64,000 nt of DNA, from assembly GCA_963761975.1 (NCBI GenBank), contig CAVXIR010000004.1, positions 1,219,148 through 1,283,147 on the forward strand. Direction: 5' to 3'. This DNA is from Vicinamibacterales bacterium (GTDB lineage Bacteria; Acidobacteriota; Vicinamibacteria; Vicinamibacterales; JAMQPK01). Shown here one piece after another: positions 55,986 through 64,000 of this stretch (position 1 is its first letter; every line of letters begins with the position of its first letter). The translations under genes were made by a program, and so were the position numbers. Under the pieces are notes generated by a model. It saw only the letters and a program-made list of their open reading frames with translations. It did not search any database and was not told where the DNA came from.

Positions 55986-56460
55986 TGCGTAAACCGATCG
56001 TAATGCGAATCGCCGGAACCGATTCGGGGCGCTTCGGATATTTCACCAGGTGCATGCCGGCCTCGGCAGGCGTACGTCCCCCCTTGCGGCGGTTGCACGT
56101 CACGCAGCAGGTGACGATGTTCTCCCAGTCTTTCCTGCCCCCGTGCGCGACCGGCACGACGTGGTCGAACGTCAGCTCGCTGGTGGAAAAGGCCTCGCCG
56201 CAATACTGGCACGCGTGGTTGTCGCGCGCATAGATGTTCGCCCTCGAAAACGGTACGTAATCGAAGCGTCTTTTGATCTTGATGTAGCGGAGGAGGCGGA
56301 TGACGGAAGGCAGCTTGATGCTGAAGGATACTGCCCTAATCTCCCGGTCGTAGACCGAGATCACCTCCACTTTTCCCTGGCAAAGCAGAGTGATAGCCTT
56401 TTGCCAGTTAACAACCTTGAGAGGTTCGTACGTCGCGTTGAGAAGGAGTGTTTGCTCCAT
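55927..56460 (-). CDS. HNH endonuclease family protein
   Basis: 177 aa. CQYCG...LTFDHVVPVAHGGRKDWENIVTCCVTCNRRKGGRT is a full HNH/zinc motif. The N-terminal LLLNATYEPLKVVNWQKAITL matches a widespread stand-alone HNH family. Confidence 0.85.
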   Translation of the reverse strand: MEQTLLLNATYEPLKVVNWQKAITLLCQGKVEVISVYDREIRAVSFSIKLPSVIRLLRYIKIKRRFDYVPFSRANIYARDNHACQYCGEAFSTSELTFDHVVPVAHGGRKDWENIVTCCVTCNRRKGGRTPAEAGMHLVKYPKRPESVPAIRITIGLRNAPDSWRDFLYWNAELDES

Positions 56461-56590
56461 TTATTTGTCGCGGGCCCCAACGGCCCGACGCCCCGGGGGC
56501 GCCTATAATGATTTTCGCTGGCAAGTGCAAGCCTGTCAAGTTACTGTGGGGACTGTACTTCCGGCACAAGAGCGCCGATAATTCACACCG

Positions 56591-57238
56591 ATGCGTTGTT
56601 CCCCCTTAATAATGATGGCCGTCCTGGCCGTCTCGTCGGCGGCATGCGCCACCACGGGCGCAGTACCTCGCCCATTTCCAGGGGCAACGACGGTCGCGAC
56701 AGCGGGTACCACAGGCACGACACCCACGCCTGACACGACGGCCGCGGCTGGTGAAGACACCGCCCCCGACGAGCTCATCCCTCCTGTTACACCGAATTTA
56801 CCTGGCCAAGGATTCGACGGGCGGGTGATCGCGCAGTTGGCGATGGGTTTCCGCGGCGTGCCCTACCGGCTTGGGGGCACCGATCCCACCGGATTCGACT
56901 GTAGCGGTTTGGTGCAGTACGTGTTCGCCCAATATGGCATCGCCGTGCCTCGCATCGTCGAGGAGCAATACGAGCGGGGCAACAAGATCGAGCCGTCCGA
57001 CATCGAGCCCGGCGATCTGATTTTTTTCGACACGAAGCGATGGGGCCACGGCGCCTCACATGTGGCCATTTCCATCGGCGGCGACAGCTTCGTGCATGCC
57101 CCGAACTCGACCGGCGTCGTGCGCGTCGAAACACTCGGCTCCTCCTATTGGGGATCGAGATATATCGGCATCCGCCGAATCAGCACACACGATTCCTCGA
57201 GCTCGAAATCTGCCGTTCCTGACCGCCCAATCGATTGA
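56591..57238 (+). CDS. NlpC/P60 (C40) cell-wall peptidase lipoprotein
   Basis: 215 aa. Lipobox AVSSAAC. YRLGGTDPTGFDCSGLVQYVF (catalytic Cys) and HVAISIGGDSFVHAP (His). GATAAT (56577-56582) lies 8 nt before the ATG, and no SD is visible. Confidence 0.9.
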   Translation: MRCSPLIMMAVLAVSSAACATTGAVPRPFPGATTVATAGTTGTTPTPDTTAAAGEDTAPDELIPPVTPNLPGQGFDGRVIAQLAMGFRGVPYRLGGTDPTGFDCSGLVQYVFAQYGIAVPRIVEEQYERGNKIEPSDIEPGDLIFFDTKRWGHGASHVAISIGGDSFVHAPNSTGVVRVETLGSSYWGSRYIGIRRISTHDSSSSKSAVPDRPID

Positions 57239-57250
57239 GTCTGCCTCGCC

Positions 57251-57606
57251 CTACTGTTTCTTTTCGAGCACGATGATGGTCGTGAACTTACGGCCGGTCA
57301 CAGCGTCAGAGCCGTTGACTGTCACGGTCATCACTGTTCCATCTGCGGATACGGCATTGCGCGCGGTCTGCACGACTTTGCCATCGCGTTTCAAGAGCGC
57401 GTCGAATGTGTTGGCGTCGACTAGGCGTATCCTCGCGCATCCGACAGGATGACGTACTCGCGCGTCTGGCTCGCGGGCGCGGGGCCCGGATCGAATTTCG
57501 ACTTCGACACGTTCATCCGCCACGTGCCGACGTGCGGGACGTTTTGAGCTGCCAGGACAACAGTCAACACCGCCGTCAGTGCTACTATGCGCGCTATGCG
57601 ATGCAT
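57251..57606 (-). pseudogene. small secreted hypothetical protein, frame changes near 57424-57432
   Basis: ORF 57421-57648, taken from Met 57606 (MHRIARIVALTAVLTVVLAAQ, GTWRMNVSKSKFDPGPAPASQTREY), continues in ORF 57251-57523 (RLVDANTFDALLKRDGKVVQTARNAVSADGTVMTVTVNGSDAVTGRKFTTIIVLEKKQ). Together they look like one ~118-aa beta-rich protein. Adding one base near GCC|CTA would join the frames. Confidence 0.45.
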
Positions 57607-58271
57607 CCTCACCCTCACGTTTGTGTTGCTGGTCGTCACGGCGCCCATCGCCGGTCAGGTGAAGGGGCCGGTTGCACCTGCCGTGACCACGGAACAGATT
57701 GCGCTTAGTGAATCGCTGGCGCCCAAATTCGACGAGTCAGCGGCGAAAGAGCAACGCCGGCTCGAGGTGTTCGCCGATCGTCCGCTCGGCGGCGTCATCC
57801 AGCGATCGTTCAACATCTTTACGAATTATCTCGTGATGTCTGCTGAGATGATGCCCGAATCAGGCTACGCATTCCGTCCGACGCCCGAGGTGCGGACCTT
57901 CGGCGAACAGATCAACCACGCGACGAGTACCCAGGTACTCATTCTGCAACCAGACCGGTCTGCCGCCAGGGATCCAGAAGCAGACGGCTCCGATTCCCGC
58001 ACCGGCTTCAAAGGCCGCCATCGTCGCCGCATTCAAAGAGTCGACCGCGTACTGCGACCGCATCCTCGGCGCGGCGACCGAATCGTGGTTGATGGAAGTC
58101 GTCCCCGCCGTCGGCGGACCTTCGAGCGGGCAGATTCGAGGGATACGTGCGCACATCTTCATCTACAACGTCGTACACAGCGCCGAAGACTACGGAACGA
58201 TCACAACCTATCTGCGCATGCAGGGCGTCGTGCCGCCGTCCACCGCCCTGCATCCCGCACCGAAAAAGTAG
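57587..58271 (+). pseudogene. DinB-superfamily protein, interrupted by a 1-nt frameshift at 57935
   Basis: ORF 57587-58354 carries the signal peptide and FGEQINHATSTQ. Dropping one G in ACC CAG [G] TAC TCA gives ...TSTQYSFCNQTGLPPG..., which runs into ORF 58089-58271. That ORF ends with the DinB C-terminal HSAEDYGTITTYLRMQGVVPPS. Confidence 0.7.
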
Positions 58272-58343
58272 TGTCCGGCAATTGTCGCCATGATGGATCT
58301 CTGGGCTCGTCGTCAGGACGGCGAAAAAATCGGCCGCGAAGTA

Positions 58344-58372
58344 GCCGGGTCTGAAAAAACGCAAGACCCGGC
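58344..58372. terminator. hairpin between convergent genes (possible bidirectional terminator)
   Basis: GCCGGGTCT (58344-58352) pairs with AGACCCGGC (58364-58372), a perfect 9-bp stem with an A-rich 11-nt loop. It lies between the DinB stop and the PQQ dehydrogenase stop. Confidence 0.45.
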
Positions 58373-58391
58373 CTACATCACAAATCCCCAA

Positions 58392-60479
58392 TCACTGTGA
58401 GGGCACGCGAAAGGCGATGAGCTCGCCCGAATAACCAGCGCCACTGACCGCAACGACGATGTACTGCCTGCCGTTCAGCATGTAGGTCATCGGCGATCCC
58501 GTTTGCGGCGCGGGCAGGTACACCGCACCCACCTCTTTGCCCGTCGCCTTGTCGTACGCGCGCAGCATTGCACCGCGTGCGCCAGTGGGGGTTGGACCGA
58601 ACCCAGCTTCACCTGAGACGACCAGTGTCTTGGTTGTGAGCGAACCAACGACGCCGGGACGTCCGGTACGCGGGATGTTCAGCCCCTTGAGCGCCGCATG
58701 ATTCTTGATGGTGTCGGGCGTCTCGCCGTGTGGCACCTGCCAGAGGATTTCTCCTTTGGCGAGATCAATGGCGCTCAGCTGTCCATACGGCGGTTTTACG
58801 ATCGGCAGGCCCTGGACGGTCAGTCCCGGCGCGCCGCCTCCTTCTCCAGCCGGGGCAGCCGCCGCAGCTGCCGGCGTGGTACCGGGGGCAATCGCTCTGT
58901 CGCCGCCCGCCGCCGATCCGGTACCGCCCGTCGTCCGTGCGCCGGTCAGCGCGTTCCCGACGACATACGCGAGGTCATTCTTCGACGGATCGCGAGGCGG
59001 CACGAGGCCGAGCTGACTGACGGATTTCTGTGAGTTCACATAAAGAATGTTGGTGTCCGGATCGTACGAGCCGCCGGGCCAGTTGGTGCCGCCACCGGCA
59101 GCTGCCAGCACGAGCGTCGCCAACGGACCTTCTGGTTTGCTGACGACCGGAGGCGTGAAGATCGGCCCGATCTTGTAACGCGAAATCACCTTCATCCCTT
59201 CGGCGCGAAGCTCGGGCGTAAAGTCGATGAGATCGTCGACCACGAAGCCCTGCCGGTCGTAGTTGAACGGCTGGCCTCGCCCGTTGAGCGGGAACGGCTG
59301 AGTCGGCGAGTAATACTCGCCAGGCACATCACCTTTCGGAACCGGCCGCTCTTCGATCGGCCAGAGCGGCTGTCCGGTGACGCGGTCGAACACGTACATG
59401 AAGGCCTGCTTGGTGGGCTGAGCCACCGCCTTGATGATTTTTCCGTCGCGTCTGATGTCGACCAGTATCGGCGCGCAGGGAATGTCGTGATCCCAGATTC
59501 CGTGGTGCACCAGCTGGTAGTGCCACTTGCGCTTTCCGGTCTGCAGGTCGACGGCGACCAGACTCTCGGCGAACAGATTGTTGCCGGGCCGATCGGCGCC
59601 GAAATAGTCGCCGGTCGCGCTTTCCACCGGCAGATACGCAATCTGCAACTCGGGATCGATGCTGATTTGACCCCATGCGCCGGTGTTGCCGGTGTACGCC
59701 CACGAATCCTTCAGCCATGTGTCGTTGCCGAACTCGCCGGGCTGCGGAATCGTGTGAAAAATCCACAACCGTTTGCCGGTGCGCACATCGAAGCCGCGGA
59801 TATATCCCTTCACATTCGTCTTGCCGGTCGGCACGCCACCGGAACGATGCGCCGCTCCGACAACGACAACGTTACCGGCGACCATCGGCGTCGCGTGCAG
59901 CCCGATCTCGCCCGATATCGGATCGATCTGTTGATCGTTGTTCTGCTTCAGGTCGACGATGCCGTCATTGCCGAACGTCGGGACGCGCATGCCGGTTTTC
60001 GCGTTCAGCGCGACGAGCTGATAGCCCGGCGTGACGTAGAGAATCCGTTCCTCTTTGCCGTCGGTCCAGTACGCGAGCCCTCGCCCCGAAAGCTGCCGCG
60101 GCGCGGCGGCGCCGCGCGGACCTTCGCGCTCGCTGTGCATCCACAGCTCTTCACCTGTCTCCGGATCGAGCGCCACGACCGCACGCCGGCTGCCGGCTGT
60201 CGAATACAACACGCCGTTGGCCATGACGGGCGTCGACTCGAACATGAACTCGGGCCTGGGCCCGAGGTGATCGGCCTTGAATCGCCATGCAACCGTCAGC
60301 TTGCTGAAGTTCCCGGCGTTGATTTGATCGAGTGGCGCGTAGCGTGTGTGTCCGGTGTCGCCGCCGTACGCACGCCACTCGCCGTTGGTGGCGCCCGTCT
60401 GCCCCTTCACGCCAATCGTTGTCAGGCTCAACGCCACAACGACCGCAAATACCACCAGGCGAGAACACGACCTTCGCAT
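58392..60479 (-). CDS. PQQ-dependent dehydrogenase (glucose/quinate/shikimate-like beta-propeller), secreted
   Basis: 695 aa; SD AGGAG lies 7 nt upstream; signal peptide present. HTIPQPGEFGNDTW, GNTGAWG, DYFGADRPGNNLFAESLVAVDLQTGKRKWHYQLVHHGIWDHD, PTQPFP. Collinear with 295-2316 and 5009-7282, but with a Gly/Ala-rich loop where 5009-7282 has its heme domain. Confidence 0.85.
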   Translation of the reverse strand: MRRSCSRLVVFAVVVALSLTTIGVKGQTGATNGEWRAYGGDTGHTRYAPLDQINAGNFSKLTVAWRFKADHLGPRPEFMFESTPVMANGVLYSTAGSRRAVVALDPETGEELWMHSEREGPRGAAAPRQLSGRGLAYWTDGKEERILYVTPGYQLVALNAKTGMRVPTFGNDGIVDLKQNNDQQIDPISGEIGLHATPMVAGNVVVVGAAHRSGGVPTGKTNVKGYIRGFDVRTGKRLWIFHTIPQPGEFGNDTWLKDSWAYTGNTGAWGQISIDPELQIAYLPVESATGDYFGADRPGNNLFAESLVAVDLQTGKRKWHYQLVHHGIWDHDIPCAPILVDIRRDGKIIKAVAQPTKQAFMYVFDRVTGQPLWPIEERPVPKGDVPGEYYSPTQPFPLNGRGQPFNYDRQGFVVDDLIDFTPELRAEGMKVISRYKIGPIFTPPVVSKPEGPLATLVLAAAGGGTNWPGGSYDPDTNILYVNSQKSVSQLGLVPPRDPSKNDLAYVVGNALTGARTTGGTGSAAGGDRAIAPGTTPAAAAAAPAGEGGGAPGLTVQGLPIVKPPYGQLSAIDLAKGEILWQVPHGETPDTIKNHAALKGLNIPRTGRPGVVGSLTTKTLVVSGEAGFGPTPTGARGAMLRAYDKATGKEVGAVYLPAPQTGSPMTYMLNGRQYIVVAVSGAGYSGELIAFRVPSQ

Positions 60480-60527
60480 AGGGCGCTCCTGTCTTAAGAG
60501 GAATTCGGCGTCATTATATGCCGCATT

Positions 60528-63500
60528 TCAAAAGCCCACCCTGGCGCCAATCTGCATCTCGCGTGGGTTCTTCGCACTGAAAATGCGGCCGAAGTTGGCT
60601 GTCCCGAATATCCGGTTGGGTATATCGAAGTTCGTGCGGTTCAGCGCGTTGAACATTTCCCAGCGGAGCTCGAGTTCTGAACGCCCGGCCAGCCGCCAGG
60701 TTCGCGCAATCGACAGATCGAGGCTGGCATATCCCGGCCCGAGCACACTGTTGCGTGGCGCGCTTCCGAAGGTAGACGGCGCCGGCAGCGAAAACGCCGA
60801 GACATCGAACCAGCGATCTGGAGTCCGCTCGCTCCCAGGAAGGTTGGCGTCGCGCGCCTGATCGGGGCGCTGCGCCGGCCCTGCGCCGATGTTCGCCTGA
60901 TCCACGCCGAGGTTGACAGTGAACGGAGCGCCCGACTGAGCCAGAAACGCCGCGCTGATGCGCCAGTCACCCGGCAACTGATACGTGGCGCTCGCGACGA
61001 ACAGATGACGATGATCGAAGCTGGAATTCGCCCATTCGCCGCTCTCATCGAAGACGTTGCGCACGTTCTGCGGAACATTGGTCTCCGCCTCGGTCGCGCC
61101 CGGACTCGACGCGTCGTCTTTTGAGGTCGAGAGCGTGTAGCTCAAGCTGTACGAATAGTTGCTGCGTGGCCGCTGACCCAGCTTGAACGTCAGGCCGTGG
61201 TAAATCGATTTCCCGTCGAATCTGATCGATCGTATCGGACCCAGTTGCGGTATGGGCCGCCGTGCCTGAATCGACCCCGATCCAGGCTCCGGCACGTTGT
61301 GGACTGTGGCATTGTCCGCACCGAGCGTCCACGACCCCATGTACGACACTTCGGCCACGGCGGCCGGAAACATCTGATACTGGAGCCCGCCGCTCCAGGT
61401 CTGCGTGTATTCCACCGCGTACGCGTGATCCATGATCGTGGGCGCGATGACGCCAGTGGGGTCGCTCTCGAGAATGTCGCGCGTCTGGAATACGGGCACG
61501 CGCTGCGTTGAGGGGACGTCGACCTGCTTGGTGTAGAAGAACGGCAGGTTACGTGCGAAGGCGGTCTGCACGCTATAGGCCCACTGGTTGAGGAAGATGC
61601 CGTAGCCACCGCGCAGAACAGCGCGATCGTCGTCGAAGGACAGCGCGAAGCCGGTGCGCGGCGCGAGCCGCAGTTTGCTGGGGCTGAGCAATCCTCGTTC
61701 CCAGCCTGCGGCTGCCGACGTTGTGTAAGGAATGGGGATCAGCGGCAACAGTCTGGCCGCATCCGGATTGAGACCGCCATCCTCGTCGCTCGCGATGACA
61801 AACCTGCCTCCCGATGTGACGTAGTCGACCGACGATAAGCGGTTGCCCCTGTCACGCATGTGCTGGTTGTATTCGTAGCGCAGCCCGAGATTGACCGTAA
61901 GATTCGATCTCAGGCGCCAGTCGTCCTGCGCGTACAGATGCAGCCAGTTCGTGACGCCGTCCTCATCGCCTCGCCCGATCCCTGACACGGCCGTCGTCGG
62001 GTACCCTAGAAGAAAATCGGCGAACGCATTACCGCTGAACTGACCGGTATAAGTGAAGACACCTCGCGCGTTGTCTGGCTGCTCGGGCCGGAAACTCAGA
62101 CGGTAGTAGTAGGCGCCGAATTTCAGGCGATGGCGACCGCGATCGACCATCAGGCTGTCGTAGATCTCGAAGTGCTCGTTGTTTCGCCGCACGAAGCTCG
62201 TCGGATCACCGAAGGTGCTGAAAAGGCCCCGCGTCGACATCTGCGGGAAGCCGACGTCGCGCGGATCGCTCGTCACACCGCGAAGGCCGACTTGCGACGC
62301 GAAATCGAGCCCCTGGTTCTCGCTCATCTGTCCGCCAGAAACCCGCAGCCACCCGAACCTGACTTCGTGCATCATCGTCCGGCCGAACGGATGCATATGG
62401 CTCACCCCAAGGTTCCGCGCGTTCGTATCGACCAATCGGCCGAATCCCGGCACCAGCGTCTCCTGAAGAGCGCTCGTGCCGAACGGCTGGAACTCGTCTG
62501 CGTCGAACGTGCTGAACCGCGCAAATAGCTGACCGTCTGTCATGAGCCGCTGATCGATTCGCAGGCTCACTTGATGCGCATCTTTGTCGTACCTCTCGAC
62601 CGACGTCAGGTTCTGTACCGGCGAGTCTGAATCTGGCAGCGGCACATGCTGCAGAAACGCGACCGCGATCGGATCGAGTCGCGCGGCTGGAATCTGGTTG
62701 CCCGGAAATGGGATGCACCCGCCGAACGAGCCCGGATCGCAAATCTGATCGAATCCAGAGAGATCCCCGCGACGCTGAGCGTCAGACGGCACCGAAAACG
62801 TCCGCGACAACGAGCGTCGCATGCGTTGAGCCTCGTAGCTGGCGAAGAAAAAGCTGCGATTGTGGGCGAGTGGTCCGCCCAGCGATCCGCCGAACTGATT
62901 CTGGCGCAACGGCGGCACAGGCTCGTCCCGCCGATCGAAGTAATTGTGGGCGTCCAGCCGGTCGTGGCGCGCGAACTCGAACAGAGTGCCGCGCAACGCG
63001 TTGGACCCGGACCGCGTCGCCACGTTGATCAACGCCGACGCTTTGCCGCCAAACTCTGCCGGATATTGTGACTTCTGAATCTTGAACTCTTCGATCGAAT
63101 CCACCGACGGATTGATGACGAGGTTGTTGAACAGCTCATCGGTCACCTTCACGCCGTCCAACAGATAGATGTTGTGACCCGATCGCTGCCCCCCGACGTT
63201 TGGCAGCGGCCCGGCCTGCTGCAGCGCATCCCCTCTTGTGCCTCCCGGAGGCAGCACGACATCCGAGCTCAGTTGCGCCAGTGCGAGAAAGTTGCGGCCG
63301 TTCAGCGGCATCTGCACCATCTGACGGTTCTCGACGACGTTGCTGATTTCCGCGTTGGCCGTCTGCAGCTGCGGCGCGTCGCCGGTCACTTTGATCTCTT
63401 CGGTCAGGCCGCCCACATCGAGCGTGAAATCAACGATGGCGGCTTGGCCGAGCTGCACAGCCACACCGTCTCGAACGACGCGTCTGAATCCCTGTAGCTC

Positions 63501-63749
63501 CGCGGTCACGAGATAGACACCGACGCGCAGGTAGGGCTGCAGATATCGGCCGGCGTCGTCAGTCACCCGAACGGTCCTGCCACCGGTGGCGACGTGCTCG
63601 GCCACGACGGTCACACCAGGGAGCACGAATCCCTGAGCGTCGCGCACGATGCCCGAGATCTCGCCGGTGTTCGATTGAGCCGCGGCCGGCATTTCAGCCG
63701 CGAATGCGAAAACCAGCGTCGCGAGGAAAGGCGTCTTGCGCATGGCCAT
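60528..63749 (-). CDS. TonB-dependent receptor with an N-terminal carboxypeptidase-regulatory-like domain
   Basis: 1073 aa with a signal peptide. GEISGIVRDAQGFVLPGVTVVAEHVATGGRTVRVTDDAGRYLQPYLRVGVYLVTAE is a CarboxypepD_reg domain. A plug (NGRNFLALAQL) and a beta-barrel follow, ending ...QIGARVGF. Confidence 0.85.
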   Translation of the reverse strand: MAMRKTPFLATLVFAFAAEMPAAAQSNTGEISGIVRDAQGFVLPGVTVVAEHVATGGRTVRVTDDAGRYLQPYLRVGVYLVTAELQGFRRVVRDGVAVQLGQAAIVDFTLDVGGLTEEIKVTGDAPQLQTANAEISNVVENRQMVQMPLNGRNFLALAQLSSDVVLPPGGTRGDALQQAGPLPNVGGQRSGHNIYLLDGVKVTDELFNNLVINPSVDSIEEFKIQKSQYPAEFGGKASALINVATRSGSNALRGTLFEFARHDRLDAHNYFDRRDEPVPPLRQNQFGGSLGGPLAHNRSFFFASYEAQRMRRSLSRTFSVPSDAQRRGDLSGFDQICDPGSFGGCIPFPGNQIPAARLDPIAVAFLQHVPLPDSDSPVQNLTSVERYDKDAHQVSLRIDQRLMTDGQLFARFSTFDADEFQPFGTSALQETLVPGFGRLVDTNARNLGVSHMHPFGRTMMHEVRFGWLRVSGGQMSENQGLDFASQVGLRGVTSDPRDVGFPQMSTRGLFSTFGDPTSFVRRNNEHFEIYDSLMVDRGRHRLKFGAYYYRLSFRPEQPDNARGVFTYTGQFSGNAFADFLLGYPTTAVSGIGRGDEDGVTNWLHLYAQDDWRLRSNLTVNLGLRYEYNQHMRDRGNRLSSVDYVTSGGRFVIASDEDGGLNPDAARLLPLIPIPYTTSAAAGWERGLLSPSKLRLAPRTGFALSFDDDRAVLRGGYGIFLNQWAYSVQTAFARNLPFFYTKQVDVPSTQRVPVFQTRDILESDPTGVIAPTIMDHAYAVEYTQTWSGGLQYQMFPAAVAEVSYMGSWTLGADNATVHNVPEPGSGSIQARRPIPQLGPIRSIRFDGKSIYHGLTFKLGQRPRSNYSYSLSYTLSTSKDDASSPGATEAETNVPQNVRNVFDESGEWANSSFDHRHLFVASATYQLPGDWRISAAFLAQSGAPFTVNLGVDQANIGAGPAQRPDQARDANLPGSERTPDRWFDVSAFSLPAPSTFGSAPRNSVLGPGYASLDLSIARTWRLAGRSELELRWEMFNALNRTNFDIPNRIFGTANFGRIFSAKNPREMQIGARVGF

Positions 63750-63772
63750 TCGAACGGCTTTGCCGTGTATCG

Positions 63773-64000
63773 CTATGGTGCGGAGATGACCTTCAACTGA
63801 GCACCGTCGCGATTGACGCGAACGACCGGCGCCACCGGCTTTTTGCCTTTGACGGCTGCGCTCGCGTATTCGACCTGATAAATCATCCCCGCCGACTCGT
63901 GTGCGTCGTTGATGACGGCAGCGAGGCGCTGCAGCACCTCGAGCAAGCCGGCCGCCGAGGTGTCTGTAAAAGCGCCGCCGGTGTCGCGAGCCACCATCAA
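63773..64000 (-). CDS. 3' end of a gene running off the window; possibly an acidobacterial VWA-related protein C-terminus
   Basis: Only the last 75 codons are visible (...ARDTGGAFTDTSAAGLLEVLQRLAAVINDAHESAGMIYQVEYASAAVKGKKPVAPVVRVNRDGAQLKVISAP). The TGG...L..L...I....Y.v.Y pattern loosely recalls VWFA-related acidobacterial domain tails. This is a weak call. Confidence 0.3.
   Translation of the reverse strand: MMVARDTGGAFTDTSAAGLLEVLQRLAAVINDAHESAGMIYQVEYASAAVKGKKPVAPVVRVNRDGAQLKVISAP

Noticed and set aside
56504-56509. Perfect TATAAT hexamer in the HNH / NlpC-P60 divergent spacer.
   Set aside because: There is no acceptable -35 element at 16-18 nt (CGGCCC). It may still contribute to a promoter, but I could not support a call. 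The minus-strand TTGACA (56534-56539) with GAAAAT at a 17-nt spacing is an equally weak candidate for the HNH gene.
3309-57938. Programmed +1 ribosomal frameshifting at CAG-GUA-C (rare GUA codon in the A site).
   Set aside because: It would explain 3312 and 57935. But the 54047 site needs a -1/+2 change at the same heptamer, no stimulatory stop codon or SD-like element is evident, and the genes are functionally unrelated. It stays in the finding only as a minor alternative.
322-60497. Long ORFs antisense to the called genes. Examples: 322-1344(+), 5804-6799(+), 7197-8789(+), 16190-17644(+), 18835-20463(+), 28769-31009(+), 34641-35729(+), 41315-43441(+), 59487-60497(+).
   Set aside because: These are typical high-GC shadow ORFs. 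Their translations are Arg/Ala/Pro-rich with no recognisable motifs, and each overlaps a gene with strong family signatures on the other strand.
60513-60518. TATAAT on the minus strand, 33 nt upstream of the PQQ dehydrogenase ATG at 60479.
   Set aside because: It lies just after the TBDR stop and has no recognisable -35 (GGGTGG). It is plausible as an internal promoter but unsupported by the sequence alone.
1-64000. Mobile genetic element, prophage, genomic island or defence island.
   Set aside because: No integrase, transposase, recombinase, phage structural gene, toxin-antitoxin pair or known defence gene was recognised. The HNH endonuclease is a stand-alone conserved family member with no mobile context. 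No tRNA or flanking direct repeats suggest an island boundary.

Overview
High-GC (~65%) bacterial chromosome segment, probably Acidobacteriota. Supporting this call are an ADOP-type duplicated MacB/FtsX permease, two CarboxypepD_reg-type TonB-dependent receptors, a DUF1501/DUF1592 pair and many secreted beta-propeller proteins. About 44 protein genes, mostly on the minus strand in long co-directional runs. I recognised no rRNA, tRNA, CRISPR array, transposase, integrase or prophage gene. Housekeeping anchors are uvrA, lpxC, pbpC next to an alpha-2-macroglobulin gene, mmsA, and a split LigD (ligase and polymerase as separate genes). Accessory content includes four PQQ-dependent dehydrogenases. 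One sits in a GntR-controlled locus with DUF1080/FG-GAP proteins, a Tat-exported TIM-barrel isomerase/epimerase, a PmoA-like DUF6807 protein and a lactonase. Another sits in a module with two c-type cytochromes and an orphan CuA cupredoxin. There are also a PL11 rhamnogalacturonan lyase, esterases, a tandemly duplicated BlaI/BlaR1/TonB-C module with one decayed copy, an HNH endonuclease, an NlpC/P60 peptidase and a cytochrome c fused to a PHM-like copper monooxygenase domain. I found no convincing new multi-gene defence or mobile system. The less ordinary signals are at nucleotide level. (1) A dispersed family of short, mostly 7-nt-period tandem repeats lies at intercistronic junctions and in frame inside uvrA, pbpC and two paralogous genes; one 31-nt stretch is shared by an intergenic spacer and uvrA. 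(2) A repeated inverted-repeat module overlaps the predicted start codons of both NHEJ genes. (3) Five otherwise intact genes carry single frameshifts: three at the same heptamer CAGGTAC and a fourth at AAGTAC. All functional calls rest on motif and collinearity recognition by eye; no database search was run.
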